A stretch of 37,584 nucleotides of DNA from Oscillospiraceae bacterium (lineage in GTDB: Bacteria; Bacillota; Clostridia; Oscillospirales; Acutalibacteraceae), in the NCBI GenBank assembly GCA_902797915.1, contig CADBUK010000122.1, forward strand, positions 1-37,584, written 5' to 3'. Of the stretch, positions 17,215 through 29,930 are shown piece after piece. The notes under the pieces were generated by a model that did no database searches, was not told the origin of the DNA, and saw only the letters and a program-made list of their open reading frames with translations. A program made the translations under genes and the position numbers. The first letter of the stretch is position 1, and each line of letters begins with the position of its first letter.

Positions 17215-19701
17215 TTATTCTTCATTTTCTTCGGGCGGGTTGGTATCCTCTTCGCCCTCCTCGGTTTCTTCAAATCGGTCAACTATGGAGATTGTTGCAA
17301 TCTTTTCGCCCTCGTTAACCCTCATAACCTTAACGCCCTTGCTCGGTCGCTGGAAGGTGGAAATCTGGTCGATATGCGTTCTGATAACAATACCGTCGCT
17401 CGTAATCATAATAACGTCGTTATCCTCGGCAACGGGCGCAATCATCGCAACCTTGCCGTATTTATCGGTCTTGTAGTTAATCAGACCCTTACCGCCGCGG
17501 TTCTGAACGCGGAAATCGTCAAAGCTGCTCTTTCTGCCGAAGCCCGTTTCGGAAACGGTAAGCAGCGTCTGCCCCTCAAGCTTTGCGGCAAAGCCAACTA
17601 CGAAATCGCCCTCGGCAAGCGTAATTGCACGCACGCCCCTTGCGGTTCTGCCGATAAGCCTTGCGTCGCTCTCCTTAAAGCAAATGCTCATTCCGTCGTG
17701 GGTAGCCACTATAAGCTCGCGCTCGCCGTCGGTAACCTCAACGTAAGCAAGCTCGTCGCCCTCGTCAAGATTTATTGCGATAATACCGTTCTGGCGGATG
17801 TGCTGGTAAGCGTCAATATCCGTTCTCTTGATAACGCCCTGCTTGGTAACCATACAGAGATAACGTCTTTCCTCATCCTCGGGGATTTTAACCATTGCGG
17901 AAACGGTTTCGCCCTTTTCAAGCGGAAGCAGGTTAACAACGTTCATACCCTTACCCGTTCTTGAGGAGGCGGGAATTTCGTACGCTTTTTTGCGGAAAAC
18001 CTTACCCGTGTTTGTAAACAGGAAAATTACGTCGTGCGAGGAGCAGCTGAACATCGTTTTTGCAACGTCCTCTTCTCTGCGGCTCATACCCATAATGCCC
18101 CTGCCGCCTCTGTTCTGCGCGCGGTAGGTGTCAACGGTCATTCGCTTCATATAACCCATATTTGTAAGGGTTAAAATGCTTTCCTCAACGGGAATTAAAT
18201 CCTCGTCCTCAACGCTGCCAATAACCGCGCTGATTTCGGTTCTTCTGTCGTCGCCGAACTTTGCGCCGATTGCGCGGCTTTCCTCTTTAACGATTTCAAG
18301 AATTCTTTCCTCGTGGGCAAGAATATCCTTAAAATCTGCAATCCTTGCGTGCAGCTCGTCAAGCTCGTTCATAATCTTTTCAATTTCAAGCCCTGCTAAC
18401 TGACCGAGTCTGAAGGCAACGATTGCGGAAGCCTGCGGGTCGTCAAAGCCGAATTTTTCCATAAGGGCAAGCTTTGCCTCTGCCTGACCGCCCTTTGTGG
18501 CGCGGATTGTGGCGATAACCTCGTCAACAATGTCAATCGCCCTTGCAAGACCCTCTAAAATATGCGCTCTTTCCTGCGCTTTTTTAAGGTCAAACTCTGT
18601 TCTGCGGCGAACGATGTCCTTCTGGAATACAATGTATTTCTGCAGGATTTCTTTAAGCGTAAGCACCTTGGGCACTCCGTCGTCAAGCGCAAGCAGAATT
18701 GCGCCGAAGGTAACCTGCATATCCGTCATTTTATAAAGATTATTCAGCACAACCTGAGCGTTAGCGTCGCGCTTGCACACGATTTCAATGTGCATACCCT
18801 TGCGGTCGGAATAATCCTGCACGTCGGCAACGCCCTCAAGGCGCTTTTCTTTAACAAGGTCTGCAATTCTTGTAATAAGCCTTGCCTTGTTAACGCCGTA
18901 GGGAATTTCGGTAACGACGATTTTATATCTGTCGCCCTTGCCCTCAACGATTTCCGCACGGGCGCGAACGTAAATTTTGCCCCTGCCCGTTGCGTAAGCC
19001 TCTTTAATTCCCTTTGTGCCCATAATAATTCCCGCGGTGGGGAAGTCGGGGCCCTTGATGTGCTCCATCAAATCCTCAAGCGTTGCGTCGGGATTATCAA
19101 TCAGGCAGCACATTCCCTCAATAACCTCGTTCATATTGTGGGGCGGAATGTTTGTTGCCATACCTACCGCAATACCGCTGCTTCCGTTAACAAGCAGGTT
19201 CGGGAAGCGTGCGGGCAGCACCTCGGGCTCTTTAGTGGTGTCGTCAAAGTTCGGCAGCCAGTCAACAGTGTCCTTCTTAATATCCTCAAGCATTTTCATT
19301 GAGATTTTGCTCATTCTGCTTTCGGTGTAACGGTAAGCGGCGGGCGGGTCGCCGTCAATTGAGCCGAAGTTACCGTGACCGTCAACAAGAATGTGGCGCA
19401 TAGAGAAGGTCTGCGCAAGGCGCACCATTGCGTCGTAAACCGAAGCATCGCCGTGCGGGTGGTAATGACCCAAAACTTCGCCGACGGTTGTAGCGCACTT
19501 TCTGTAAGGCCTGTCAGGGTACAGATTATTGTCGTACATAGCGTACAGAATTCTTCTGTGAACAGGCTTTAAGCCGTCCCTTACGTCAGGCAGGGCGCGG
19601 CTTACAATAACGCTCATTGAATAATCAAGGAACGCTTTTCTGATTTCCGTGCTGATTTCAACATCCACGATTTTTTGATTGTCGTAGCGTATTTCTTCCA
19701 T
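17215..19701 (-). CDS. gyrA: DNA gyrase subunit A
   Basis: [29 protein letters not shown], GyrA-box QNRGGRG. Confidence 0.98.
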   Translation of the reverse strand: MEEIRYDNQKIVDVEISTEIRKAFLDYSMSVIVSRALPDVRDGLKPVHRRILYAMYDNNLYPDRPYRKCATTVGEVLGHYHPHGDASVYDAMVRLAQTFSMRHILVDGHGNFGSIDGDPPAAYRYTESRMSKISMKMLEDIKKDTVDWLPNFDDTTKEPEVLPARFPNLLVNGSSGIAVGMATNIPPHNMNEVIEGMCCLIDNPDATLEDLMEHIKGPDFPTAGIIMGTKGIKEAYATGRGKIYVRARAEIVEGKGDRYKIVVTEIPYGVNKARLITRIADLVKEKRLEGVADVQDYSDRKGMHIEIVCKRDANAQVVLNNLYKMTDMQVTFGAILLALDDGVPKVLTLKEILQKYIVFQKDIVRRRTEFDLKKAQERAHILEGLARAIDIVDEVIATIRATKGGQAEAKLALMEKFGFDDPQASAIVAFRLGQLAGLEIEKIMNELDELHARIADFKDILAHEERILEIVKEESRAIGAKFGDDRRTEISAVIGSVEDEDLIPVEESILTLTNMGYMKRMTVDTYRAQNRGGRGIMGMSRREEDVAKTMFSCSSHDVIFLFTNTGKVFRKKAYEIPASSRTGKGMNVVNLLPLEKGETVSAMVKIPEDEERRYLCMVTKQGVIKRTDIDAYQHIRQNGIIAINLDEGDELAYVEVTDGERELIVATHDGMSICFKESDARLIGRTARGVRAITLAEGDFVVGFAAKLEGQTLLTVSETGFGRKSSFDDFRVQNRGGKGLINYKTDKYGKVAMIAPVAEDNDVIMITSDGIVIRTHIDQISTFQRPSKGVKVMRVNEGEKIATISIVDRFEETEEGEEDTNPPEENEE

Positions 19702-19722
19702 ATAAATCTCCTAACCTTTTTG

Positions 19723-19908
19723 GCCCCCTCGTTTTGAGGGGGCTGGCATAAAATTTGCGATTAAACTATTACGGCAAATTTTATGACTGGGGGAGAGAGC
19801 GAAACAACCAAAGTTGAGTAATATATTTTTACTTTCTTTAGGTTCTGGCTTTCTCTCCCACCGTCTGCTCCCGTTGGTCGCATCCACCACCCTCAAAACG
19901 AGGGCGGC
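19723..19908. repeat. ~185-bp inverted-repeat (REPIN/MITE-like) element
   Basis: Perfect 15-bp IR CCCTCGTTTTGAGGG (19726-19740) / CCCTCAAAACGAGGG (19890-19904); inner GGGAGAGA/TCTCTCCC pair and CATAAAATTTGC...GCAAATTTTATG hairpin. Confidence 0.75.
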
Positions 19909-19936
19909 AAAGCGGTTTAGCGCCTATCGGCGCATT

Positions 19937-21946
<2,010 letters not shown>

Positions 21947-21963
21947 CTAATGCAAAGCAAAAT

Positions 21964-22200
21964 TCAGCTGTTTACCCTTTTTAATAACGTAGCCGTATTA
22001 ATGGGGCTTATATATATTTTCTCGTCCGTTACGATAAAGCTTTTGGGTAAATCGTAGCTGACGTTAACGGTTTTTTTATTTTTTTCCGCAAGGGCAAGGT
22101 AATCCCTTGTTGCCTTGTTAACCGTTGATGTGTCTATATCAAATATTCCGATAATTTTATCGGTTGTAATAACTGAATTCTCGCCGATATGAAGATACAT
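21964..22200 (-). CDS. remB: RemB/YaaB (DUF370) family protein
   Basis: MYLHIG...IIGIFD...PKSFIVT...YISPI; lies between recF and gyrB. Confidence 0.85.
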   Translation of the reverse strand: MYLHIGENSVITTDKIIGIFDIDTSTVNKATRDYLALAEKNKKTVNVSYDLPKSFIVTDEKIYISPINTATLLKRVNS

Positions 22201-22206
22201 AATTAT

Positions 22207-23298
22207 TTATTCAACGCAGGTTCCGCCTTCAATATGAATGGTTTTACCTTCTTTTAATCTGAGTATTGTATTTGCGTCGCAGCAGGTTATAAACACCTGC
22301 CAGTCTTTAATATGGTTTAAAATATAATCCTGTCTGTTTTCGTCAAGCTCGCTCATAACGTCGTCCAGCAGGGCAATCGGTTCCTCGTCCGTCATATTTT
22401 TAAGCAGGCTTGCCTCTGCAAGCTTCAGCGCTAAAACACAGCTTCTTTGCTGCCCCTGACTGCCAAACAGCCTTGCGGATTTGCCGTTGATAAGAATTTC
22501 AACGTCATCTCTGTGCGGGCCCGTTTTTGTAATTTTATTAATAATATCAATATGCTGTTTTTCGGAAAGGGCAAATTTTAATTTGCTTTCAATTTCTTCA
22601 GGCGTTAAGCCCTCATATTCAAATTCGCCGCACAGCTTTATGTCAATTTCTTCCTTGCCGCCAGAAAGTCCTTTAAAAATTTCCTTGGCGTAGGGCAGAA
22701 TTGCCTCAATATATTTCTGCCGCTGATAAATTATTTTAGCGCCCTCCACGGCAAGCGACGCGTCCCACACGTAGAGCATACTTTTTAAATCCGCGTTAAC
22801 TGCAATATCCTTCAGCACTGCGTTTCGCTGCTCTAAATTGCGGGTATATTTTTTTAAAACCGAATAATAGTTAGCCTTAATCTGACAGAGCGCGCCGTCA
22901 ATAAACTTTCTGCGCTCGGCAGGGCCGTCCTTAATCATTGAAAGATGCACGGGGGAAAATATAACCGCTTTAATTTCGTTTCCAAGCTCGGTGGGGGATT
23001 TCTTTTTAACCCCGTTCAGCTTTGCCGTGCGCCTTTCCTTTATAACAAGCTCTGCGTTCTGGCTTCTTTCCTTATTTTTAAAATCAATTTTAAGGCGGGA
23101 ATAATCGGCGTTAAATTTAATCAAATCCTTATCCCTTGCGCCGCGAAAGGATTTTGAGCCTGTAAACAGGTAAATTGCCTCTAACAGATTTGTTTTGCCC
23201 TGCGCGTTTTCGCCCCAGATAATATTAACGTCGTCAAAGGTTAAATTAAGGCTTTCAATATTTCTGAAATTTTCAATTTCAATGCTATTAATTTTCAT
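22207..23298 (-). CDS. recF: DNA replication/repair protein RecF
   Basis: [32 protein letters not shown]. Confidence 0.97.
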   Translation of the reverse strand: MKINSIEIENFRNIESLNLTFDDVNIIWGENAQGKTNLLEAIYLFTGSKSFRGARDKDLIKFNADYSRLKIDFKNKERSQNAELVIKERRTAKLNGVKKKSPTELGNEIKAVIFSPVHLSMIKDGPAERRKFIDGALCQIKANYYSVLKKYTRNLEQRNAVLKDIAVNADLKSMLYVWDASLAVEGAKIIYQRQKYIEAILPYAKEIFKGLSGGKEEIDIKLCGEFEYEGLTPEEIESKLKFALSEKQHIDIINKITKTGPHRDDVEILINGKSARLFGSQGQQRSCVLALKLAEASLLKNMTDEEPIALLDDVMSELDENRQDYILNHIKDWQVFITCCDANTILRLKEGKTIHIEGGTCVE

Positions 23299-23536
23299 TA
23301 ACTATTTTATAATCGTATTCAAAAAGAGAAACCGTGTCTCCGCCCTTTATTTTTTTGCCCCTTGCGGTGCAGATTTCGCCGTTAACCTTAACTTTTTCCT
23401 CCTGAATAAGCTCCTTTGCCATTGCTCCCGTTTCGGCAGCGCCCGCAAATTTTAAAAGGCTGTCAAGCTTAATAAAGTGTGTGTTTATTGCAATTGTTTC
23501 TTCTTTTCTTTCAGCAATTTTAACTTTAATTTTCAT
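23288..23536 (-). CDS. yaaA: S4-domain RNA-binding protein YaaA
   Basis: FIKLDSLLK...VKVNGE...RGKKI; synteny. Confidence 0.9.
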   Translation of the reverse strand: MKIKVKIAERKEETIAINTHFIKLDSLLKFAGAAETGAMAKELIQEEKVKVNGEICTARGKKIKGGDTVSLFEYDYKIVNEN

Positions 23537-24648
23537 TATTCAACGTTCTTTAATCTCATCGGTAAAACAAGGAACAGGAAGCTTTCGTCATTCAGCGGCA
23601 GCACTTTAACAGGGCTTACGGGTCCGCCGAGTTCAATTTTAACCTGGTCCGTGTCCGCAGCGTTAAGCGCGTCAAGCAGATATTTTGAGTTAAATCCGAT
23701 TTCAACTCTTACGCCGCTGATGTTTGCGTGGGTGTAGTCAACAACGCGTCCGAGCGACGAAACTGTTGAAACTCTCATTTCGTCGTTATCAAAAATACAT
23801 CTTATCGGGTTTTTAGCGTTGTTTTCAATTACGGGAATTGTTCTTTCAATACATTCAATTGCGTCGTTTGTATTAATAAGAACGGTTGTTGAAGCGGTTT
23901 TCGGCACTGCCGCGTGGTAATCAAGAAAATCGCCCTCAAGCAGACGGCTGATAATACTGTAATTTTCAACCTCAAAAATAATGTGCCTTTTACCTACGCT
24001 GATTGAAATATCCTTATCCTCATCGCTGCCCATAATTTTAATCAGCTCTCTGATTGTCTTTTTGGGCACGATAAAGGTAACGTCCTCGCCGTCATATTTA
24101 ATCGTTTCCGTTCTTATTGCAAGGCGGTAACCGTCAACGCCGATAAGACGAAGCTGATTTAAAGTCATTTCAAACTTTAAGCCTGTATGAACGGGCTTTG
24201 AGCTTTCTCCCTCTGCAACTGCAAACAGGGTTTGCCCAACCATTCTCTGCATAACGCCCTGATTGATGAATAACGGGTAACCGCCCGAAACGCTCGGCAG
24301 CTCGGGGTATTCCTCAGCGCTGATTCCCGAAATATTATACTGCGCGGCGCCTGAGGTAATTGTAACCGAGGTACCCTCAACCTCAAAGGAAACGGTTTCG
24401 GTTGCAGCCTTTCTCATAATATCGCAAAGAATTTTTGCGTTAATAACGATTGCACCGGGCTCAACAACGGTTGCCTGCATAATGGTATTAATGCCGAATT
24501 CAAAATCATAACCTGTCAGGCTTAAAGTATCAGAGCCGCATTCCATTAAAACTCCCTCAATTGTGGGAATAGTAACTTTTGTGCTGACTGCGCGCATTAC
24601 GTTATTGCACGCTTCATTTAACTTTTTTGTTGAGCAAGTGAATTTCAT
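23536..24648 (-). CDS. dnaN: DNA polymerase III beta clamp
   Basis: [21 protein letters not shown]-terminal LVLPMR. Confidence 0.96.
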   Translation of the reverse strand: MKFTCSTKKLNEACNNVMRAVSTKVTIPTIEGVLMECGSDTLSLTGYDFEFGINTIMQATVVEPGAIVINAKILCDIMRKAATETVSFEVEGTSVTITSGAAQYNISGISAEEYPELPSVSGGYPLFINQGVMQRMVGQTLFAVAEGESSKPVHTGLKFEMTLNQLRLIGVDGYRLAIRTETIKYDGEDVTFIVPKKTIRELIKIMGSDEDKDISISVGKRHIIFEVENYSIISRLLEGDFLDYHAAVPKTASTTVLINTNDAIECIERTIPVIENNAKNPIRCIFDNDEMRVSTVSSLGRVVDYTHANISGVRVEIGFNSKYLLDALNAADTDQVKIELGGPVSPVKVLPLNDESFLFLVLPMRLKNVE

Positions 24649-24881
24649 AATTCTCCTCCGATTTTTCTATTATGTATTATTCTCTTTTATTCTTAGTAAT
24701 AAAGGCTGTCAAAATGTTTAAAACTTTCAAAACGCTGACACTGCGTTATTTTTAACGCATTTTTTAAAGTTAAAAAAATGTTGATAAAATGTTTTAATTG
24801 TTGATAAATATTTTTTTAAACACCGCTGTTGAAAAAATATTTGTTAAAGTTTGGTAATTTGTTGAAAACCGCGTTTTGAAA
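24649..24881. other. Probable oriC (dnaA-dnaN intergenic)
   Basis: AT-rich; minus-strand TTATCAACA x2 (24779, 24799) and TTTTCAACA x2 (24827, 24860); tandem degenerate boxes + GCC + TTATTACTA (trio-like) at about 24723-24693, as in the Firmicutes unwinding module. Confidence 0.75.
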
Positions 24882-26279
24882 TCAGTTATTGATTTCGGTT
24901 TTAAGGTTGCTGATTATATCATTAATTTTGCGGTTCAGCTTTGAATCGGTCTGCATTTTTTTTTCAATCTCGTTAATGCTGTAAATAACGGTTGAATAGT
25001 TTTTGCCGAATTCGTTTCCGATTGCCTCAAGGGTAAGGTTTGTAACCTCTCTTATGATATACATACACATTTTTCTTGCGTGTGCAATATTAGCCTTTTG
25101 CCTTGATGATTTAATGTCGTCAATTGAAACGGCTTCGGTTCTTGAAACCTCCTCAAGTACTCGCTGAATGGTGTCGGGAACGGGGGGAATTTCATCCTCA
25201 ATAACGTCCTTAATAACCTGCTGTGCAAGGGCAATCGTGGGCTTAACCTCTTTAATCGTTACAACTGCGTGCAGCTTTTTGGTAGTGCCCTCAAGCTGAC
25301 GGATGTTTGTTTTGATTTTCTGCGCGATGAAGTCAACCATTTCGTCGCTTATATCAAAGTTAAGCAGCGCCGCTTTGTTTTTAATAATTGCGCAGCGTGT
25401 TTCGTATTCGGGCGGCTGAATGTCCGCAAGCAGTCCGTTTTCAAAGCGTGAGCAAAGACGCTCGGTAAGGCTCTGAATTTCTTTAGGCGGACGGTCTGAC
25501 GTCAGCACAATCTGTTTTCCTCTTTCAATAAGTGAATTGAAGGTGTGAAAAAATTCCTCCTCGGTCTGAACCTTACCGCCGATAAACTGAACGTCGTCCA
25601 TCAGCAGAATGTCAACCTTCCTGTATTTTTCGTGGAATTCGTCAACCGTTTTTCTGCCCAGCGCGTTAATAAATTCGTTTGTAAAATCTTCCGCGCGGAC
25701 GTAAAGAATTTTCATTTCGGGAAAGTTTTTCTTAATTTCGTGGCAGATTGCGTTTAAGATATGCGTTTTGCCGAGACCTGATTTACCGTAAATGAAAAGC
25801 GGGTTGTAATTGCCGTAGGAATGGTTTTGGTTAATGTGGCCGCCGGGGTCCGCCGCAACTGCCTTTGCCGCTCTGTAAGCAAATTTGTTTGACGGGCCTT
25901 CAACAAAGGTTTCAAAGGTAAAGGGATAGCTGTCGTCAATACTTGTAAGCTCAATAACCTTTGAGGCAATTTCCTTTGCGCGTTCCATATTGCCCTCAAT
26001 TGTATCGTTATCGTCAATAAACCATTTTTCGCTGTCAAAATTAATCTCGCACTTGAAGCCGAGCACGTTTTCAAACGCCTCGTGCAGCAGGGAGGAAAAC
26101 TGCTCAATAACAATCTTCTTTTTGACAGGGCTTGTACACATTAAGGTTACGATATTATTTTCAATATCAGTAAATTTCATTGTGTTCAGCCAAAGGGTTA
26201 AGCTTGTTTCGCTGACGTACGGACGGCAGTAATCAAGCACCGCTTCCCATATTTCGTCATAAGTATCTAAATTAGCCAT
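24882..26279 (-). CDS. dnaA: Chromosomal replication initiator DnaA
   Basis: YNPLFIYGKSGLGKTH, LLMDDVQF, EEFFHTFN, SDRPP, NIRQLEG; divergent domain IV. Confidence 0.97.
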   Translation of the reverse strand: MANLDTYDEIWEAVLDYCRPYVSETSLTLWLNTMKFTDIENNIVTLMCTSPVKKKIVIEQFSSLLHEAFENVLGFKCEINFDSEKWFIDDNDTIEGNMERAKEIASKVIELTSIDDSYPFTFETFVEGPSNKFAYRAAKAVAADPGGHINQNHSYGNYNPLFIYGKSGLGKTHILNAICHEIKKNFPEMKILYVRAEDFTNEFINALGRKTVDEFHEKYRKVDILLMDDVQFIGGKVQTEEEFFHTFNSLIERGKQIVLTSDRPPKEIQSLTERLCSRFENGLLADIQPPEYETRCAIIKNKAALLNFDISDEMVDFIAQKIKTNIRQLEGTTKKLHAVVTIKEVKPTIALAQQVIKDVIEDEIPPVPDTIQRVLEEVSRTEAVSIDDIKSSRQKANIAHARKMCMYIIREVTNLTLEAIGNEFGKNYSTVIYSINEIEKKMQTDSKLNRKINDIISNLKTEINN

Positions 26280-26498
26280 TTATATCTCCCGTAAACTTAA
26301 ACATTAATAATGTAAAATGTTGAAAATTATATATGGATTAGTATAACATATAACTTTAAGATTATCAATACTTTAGTTATTAAATATTTATAATATTATT
26401 ATATATATTAAAGTTAATAATGTAATCAATATTAAACCTTGTTTTATCGCAGCAGGTGGAGTATAATAATCATAATTGTATATGGTTTGGAGATTTAT

Positions 26499-27416
26499 AT
26501 GCGTATTTTTAAACACAGGGGAGATATTTATATTCCGTCCGCCAACGTTAAGGATGATAAGGAAAAGCGTCTGCTTTTTGCGGGGCTTTGCTTCGTTGTA
26601 ATGTTTACGGTTGTTTTTGTGGGCGTGCTCGGAATTAAATATAATTTTTCAATTAAAAACTTTTTTACCCCCGATAATTTAGAGGTTGCAACGGATGACA
26701 CAACGCCGCAGCTTCCCGAGGTTTCGGGCAAAACTAATTTTCTTTTTGCCCTTACAAATGAAAATACGGGCGAGCTTTATTTTTGCAGTCTTTATCAGGT
26801 GGATTTAGATACGGTTTCCTATAAAGCCACAACGCTTTCCGCGCAAACAAAAACGGAAAACGGAACGCTTCAGCTTGTGTATGATACGGGTGGCGCGGGC
26901 GCAGTTGTTAAAAGCCTTAACTCGCTTTTAGGTATTGATATTGATTATTACGTTGATGAAAACCTGAGCGGTTATAAGGATATGTTCAACGCAATGGGCA
27001 AAATTAATTATACCGTGTTGAGCGACGTTAAGTATAAGGACACCTCGCGCTACGGCTATAATATCAAAATTAAAGCGGGCGAGCAGAGCTTTGACGGCGA
27101 ATCCGCCGAAAAATTAATGCGTTATTATATTGAGCAGGAGCAGAATTATTCCGCGGTAAACGATATTCTGCTTGCGCAGATTTCACAGCAGATTAACAGC
27201 GAAAATTATGCTAAGCAGGAGGTTCTGTTCAGCAAGTTTATTCAAAATTCGCAAACCGATATTACGGTTAAGGATTTTACGCAGGCAAATAACGGTCTGC
27301 AGGTGCTTTCAAGCGAAACCACGGGCGTTAACATTTATTCCGTTGCCCCCGTTTATGAGGACACGGCGCTTACACCCGCCTCGGTCAAAGAAATTCAGGG
27401 TTATTTTACAAAGTAA
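26499..27416 (+). CDS. Degenerate LCP-like membrane protein
   Basis: N-terminal TM, LLGIDIDYYV, IKAGEQSFDGE, TDIT resemble the LCP fold; start at MRIFK after GGAG. Confidence 0.65.
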   Translation: MRIFKHRGDIYIPSANVKDDKEKRLLFAGLCFVVMFTVVFVGVLGIKYNFSIKNFFTPDNLEVATDDTTPQLPEVSGKTNFLFALTNENTGELYFCSLYQVDLDTVSYKATTLSAQTKTENGTLQLVYDTGGAGAVVKSLNSLLGIDIDYYVDENLSGYKDMFNAMGKINYTVLSDVKYKDTSRYGYNIKIKAGEQSFDGESAEKLMRYYIEQEQNYSAVNDILLAQISQQINSENYAKQEVLFSKFIQNSQTDITVKDFTQANNGLQVLSSETTGVNIYSVAPVYEDTALTPASVKEIQGYFTK

Positions 27417-27419
27417 GAA

Positions 27420-28094
27420 GTGATGAAGATGAGCTATAAATATGAGCTTCACTGCCACACAAAAAAGGTTTCCCAGTGCGGCAGGGTGGAGCCTGAAAAA
27501 ATAGTTGAAATGTATAAGGAAAAGGGCTATTCGGGCATTGTTGTAACAGAGCATTACAGCCCCTTAACCTTCGGCTTAAACAGTTATTATAAACCGCAGC
27601 GGATTGTGGATTTCTACATCTCCTCATATGAGGAAATGAAGAAGTTTGAAACGGAGGATTTTTCCGTTTTGTTCGGTATGGAGCTTCGCCATTACGCCAC
27701 GGGCGCGGATTACCTTATTTACGGCATTGAGCCCGACTGGCTCAGAAAACAGGGCAATCTTATGAAACTGTGGGAAAAGCAGGTCTATAAGCTTATGCAC
27801 GCGCAGGGCTATTTGGTTTATCAGGCGCACCCGTTCAGACCGTATATTTTACGGTGCAATCCGAAATATATTGACGGCATTGAAATTTACAACGGCAAGT
27901 GCGACAAAAAAACTAACGACAAAGCGGCAAAATGGGCTGAAAAAACGGGCAAGCTTGTTTCGTCTGGCTCCGATTTTCACACTCCCGAGCAGCTTGCAAG
28001 GGGCGGCATTATAACCGAAACGCCTATAAAAAATAACGCCGATTTGCTCCGCGTTTTAAAATCAGGCAATTTTGAATTAATTAAAACCTATTAA
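27420..28094 (+). CDS. PHP-domain metallohydrolase
   Basis: YELHCHT, VVTEH, GMEL, QAHPFR, IEIYNG, GSDFH. Start may be 27423 or 27429. Confidence 0.88.
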   Translation: MMKMSYKYELHCHTKKVSQCGRVEPEKIVEMYKEKGYSGIVVTEHYSPLTFGLNSYYKPQRIVDFYISSYEEMKKFETEDFSVLFGMELRHYATGADYLIYGIEPDWLRKQGNLMKLWEKQVYKLMHAQGYLVYQAHPFRPYILRCNPKYIDGIEIYNGKCDKKTNDKAAKWAEKTGKLVSSGSDFHTPEQLARGGIITETPIKNNADLLRVLKSGNFELIKTY

Positions 28095-28104
28095 GAGGTG
28101 CGTT

Positions 28105-28662
28105 ATGGATAAAGAGAGAATTGAAAACGCCGTCCGCGAAATATTAATTGCCGTGGGCGAGGACCCTGACAGGTCGGGGCTTGTTGAAACCCCGCGCCGT
28201 GTCGCTAATATGTATGAGGAAATTTTTGCAGGGCTTCACGAGGACCCCAAGCAGCACCTCAAATTTTTTGACGAAAAGTCTAACGACGAAATGGTTATCG
28301 TGCGCGATATTCCGTTTGCCTCAATGTGCGAGCATCATCTGCTGCCGTTCGTAGGCAAGGCGCATATTGCTTATATACCGAGCGATAACCGTATTATCGG
28401 GCTGTCAAAGCTTGCAAGAATTGTTGATAATTTTGCAAAACGCCCGCAGGTGCAGGAACGCTTAACACACGATATTGCGGATTTTCTTGAGGAAAATATG
28501 AAGCCGCAGGGCGTTGCCGTTATTCTTGAGGCGGAGCATTCCTGTATGACAATCCGCGGCGCACGCGCTTCGGGCAGCAAAACGCAAACCTCCGCGCTTC
28601 GCGGTATAATGAAATCGGACGCCCGCACACGCGCCGAGGCGCTGGCGTTGTTAGATAAATGA
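28105..28662 (+). CDS. folE: GTP cyclohydrolase I
   Basis: [36 protein letters not shown]. Confidence 0.97.
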   Translation: MDKERIENAVREILIAVGEDPDRSGLVETPRRVANMYEEIFAGLHEDPKQHLKFFDEKSNDEMVIVRDIPFASMCEHHLLPFVGKAHIAYIPSDNRIIGLSKLARIVDNFAKRPQVQERLTHDIADFLEENMKPQGVAVILEAEHSCMTIRGARASGSKTQTSALRGIMKSDARTRAEALALLDK

Positions 28663-28716
28663 ATAATGAATAATTAAAAACGGGTTAGGGCGAAGCCCTC
28701 CAAAAATTATTAATTA
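28657..28716. repeat. Short heptamer/hairpin element in folE-folP spacer
   Basis: AAATGAA-TAATGAA-TAATTAA, hairpin AGGGC-gaa-GCCCT, then AATTATTAATTA; resembles 6731-6848. Confidence 0.5.
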
Positions 28717-28731
28717 CGACAAGGAATTGCT

Positions 28732-29541
28732 ATGTACTGGAAAACCCTTAATGCGACAATTGAATACGGTTCGCGCACGCTGATTATGGGCATTGTTAAC
28801 GTTACGCCCGATTCTTTTTCGGACGGCGGCAGCTTTTTTAATCCGCAGTCGGCGGTTGAGCACGCGCTTTTGCTTGAACGTCAGGGCGCGGATATTATTG
28901 ATTTCGGCGCACAGTCCACCCGTCCGGGTTATACGGAAATTTCCGCTGACGAGGAATGGGCAAGGCTTGCCCCCGTTCTGACGGAATTCCGCAAAAAATC
29001 GCAAATTCCCGTTTCGGTGGACACATATTACCCTCAGGTTGCCGAAAAAGCGCTTGAAGCGGGCGCAAATATCATTAACGACGTTTCGGGAAGAATTGAC
29101 TCGCGGATGGCGCAAATCGTCAAAAATCGTCGCTGCGGCTGGATTTTAATGTATAACGGCGCAGGCGATTGCGCAGAGGTCGGCGATTTTTTCAACTCCG
29201 TTCTGCTTGAAACTCAGGCGCTCGGCGTCAGCAGGGAACAGCTTTGCTTTGATATGGGAATAGGCTTCGGCAAAACGCGGCAGCAGGATTTAAGCCTGAT
29301 TTCAAATATTGCGGACTATAAAATTGAGGGCGTGCCGCTTTTGCTCGGCACAAGCAGAAAAAGGGTAATAGGCGAATTCAGCGGTCAGCCAAGCCCCGAA
29401 AAACGCATTTTCGGCAATATTGCGGCTGATACGGCGGCAATCCTCGGCGGAGTTGATATAATCCGCCTTCACGATGTTGAAAACGAAATTCAGGGTATAA
29501 GAATGGCAGACGCCATCAGGAGAGCGGTCAGCGACCGGTAA
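28732..29541 (+). CDS. folP: Dihydropteroate synthase
   Basis: MGIVNVTPDSFSDGG, STRPG, SVDT, INDVSG, GFGK, SRKR, RLHDV. Confidence 0.95.
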   Translation: MYWKTLNATIEYGSRTLIMGIVNVTPDSFSDGGSFFNPQSAVEHALLLERQGADIIDFGAQSTRPGYTEISADEEWARLAPVLTEFRKKSQIPVSVDTYYPQVAEKALEAGANIINDVSGRIDSRMAQIVKNRRCGWILMYNGAGDCAEVGDFFNSVLLETQALGVSREQLCFDMGIGFGKTRQQDLSLISNIADYKIEGVPLLLGTSRKRVIGEFSGQPSPEKRIFGNIAADTAAILGGVDIIRLHDVENEIQGIRMADAIRRAVSDR

Positions 29542-29559
29542 CCGGTTAACGGAGTAATT

Positions 29560-29928
29560 ATGGATAAAATTATAATTAAAGGTTTAAAGCTCTTTGCTTA
29601 CCACGGGGTAAATCCGGAGGAGAAGGAGCAGGGGCAGGATTTCATTTTTGATATTGAGCTTTATGCAAACCTGCACAAAGCGTGCGAAAGCGATAATGTG
29701 GAGGACACCGTGTCCTACGCCAAGGTGGTTAAAACCGTGCGCCGCGTGTTTACCGCGCAGAAATACGATTTGCTTGAAAAATGCGCAGAGGTGGTTGCGG
29801 ATGCAATCCTTGCGGAATATGACAAGGTGTTTATGGTTGACGTAACGCTCAAAAAACCGAACGCCCCCGTCAGCGCGGATTTTGATTATATGGCGGTTAA
29901 TATCGTCAGGGACAGATTGGGAAACTGA
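29560..29928 (+). CDS. folB: Dihydroneopterin aldolase
   Basis: AYHGV..EE...GQ.F, DTVSY, LLE, KKPNAP. Confidence 0.95.
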   Translation: MDKIIIKGLKLFAYHGVNPEEKEQGQDFIFDIELYANLHKACESDNVEDTVSYAKVVKTVRRVFTAQKYDLLEKCAEVVADAILAEYDKVFMVDVTLKKPNAPVSADFDYMAVNIVRDRLGN

Positions 29929-29930
29929 AT

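Noticed and set aside
26280-26440. AT-rich region upstream of dnaA as the main unwinding site
   Set aside because: Only one clear box (26318) and a TTAATAATGTAA duplicate; the box/trio layout is in the dnaA-dnaN spacer. More likely promoter DNA, though an accessory role is not excluded.
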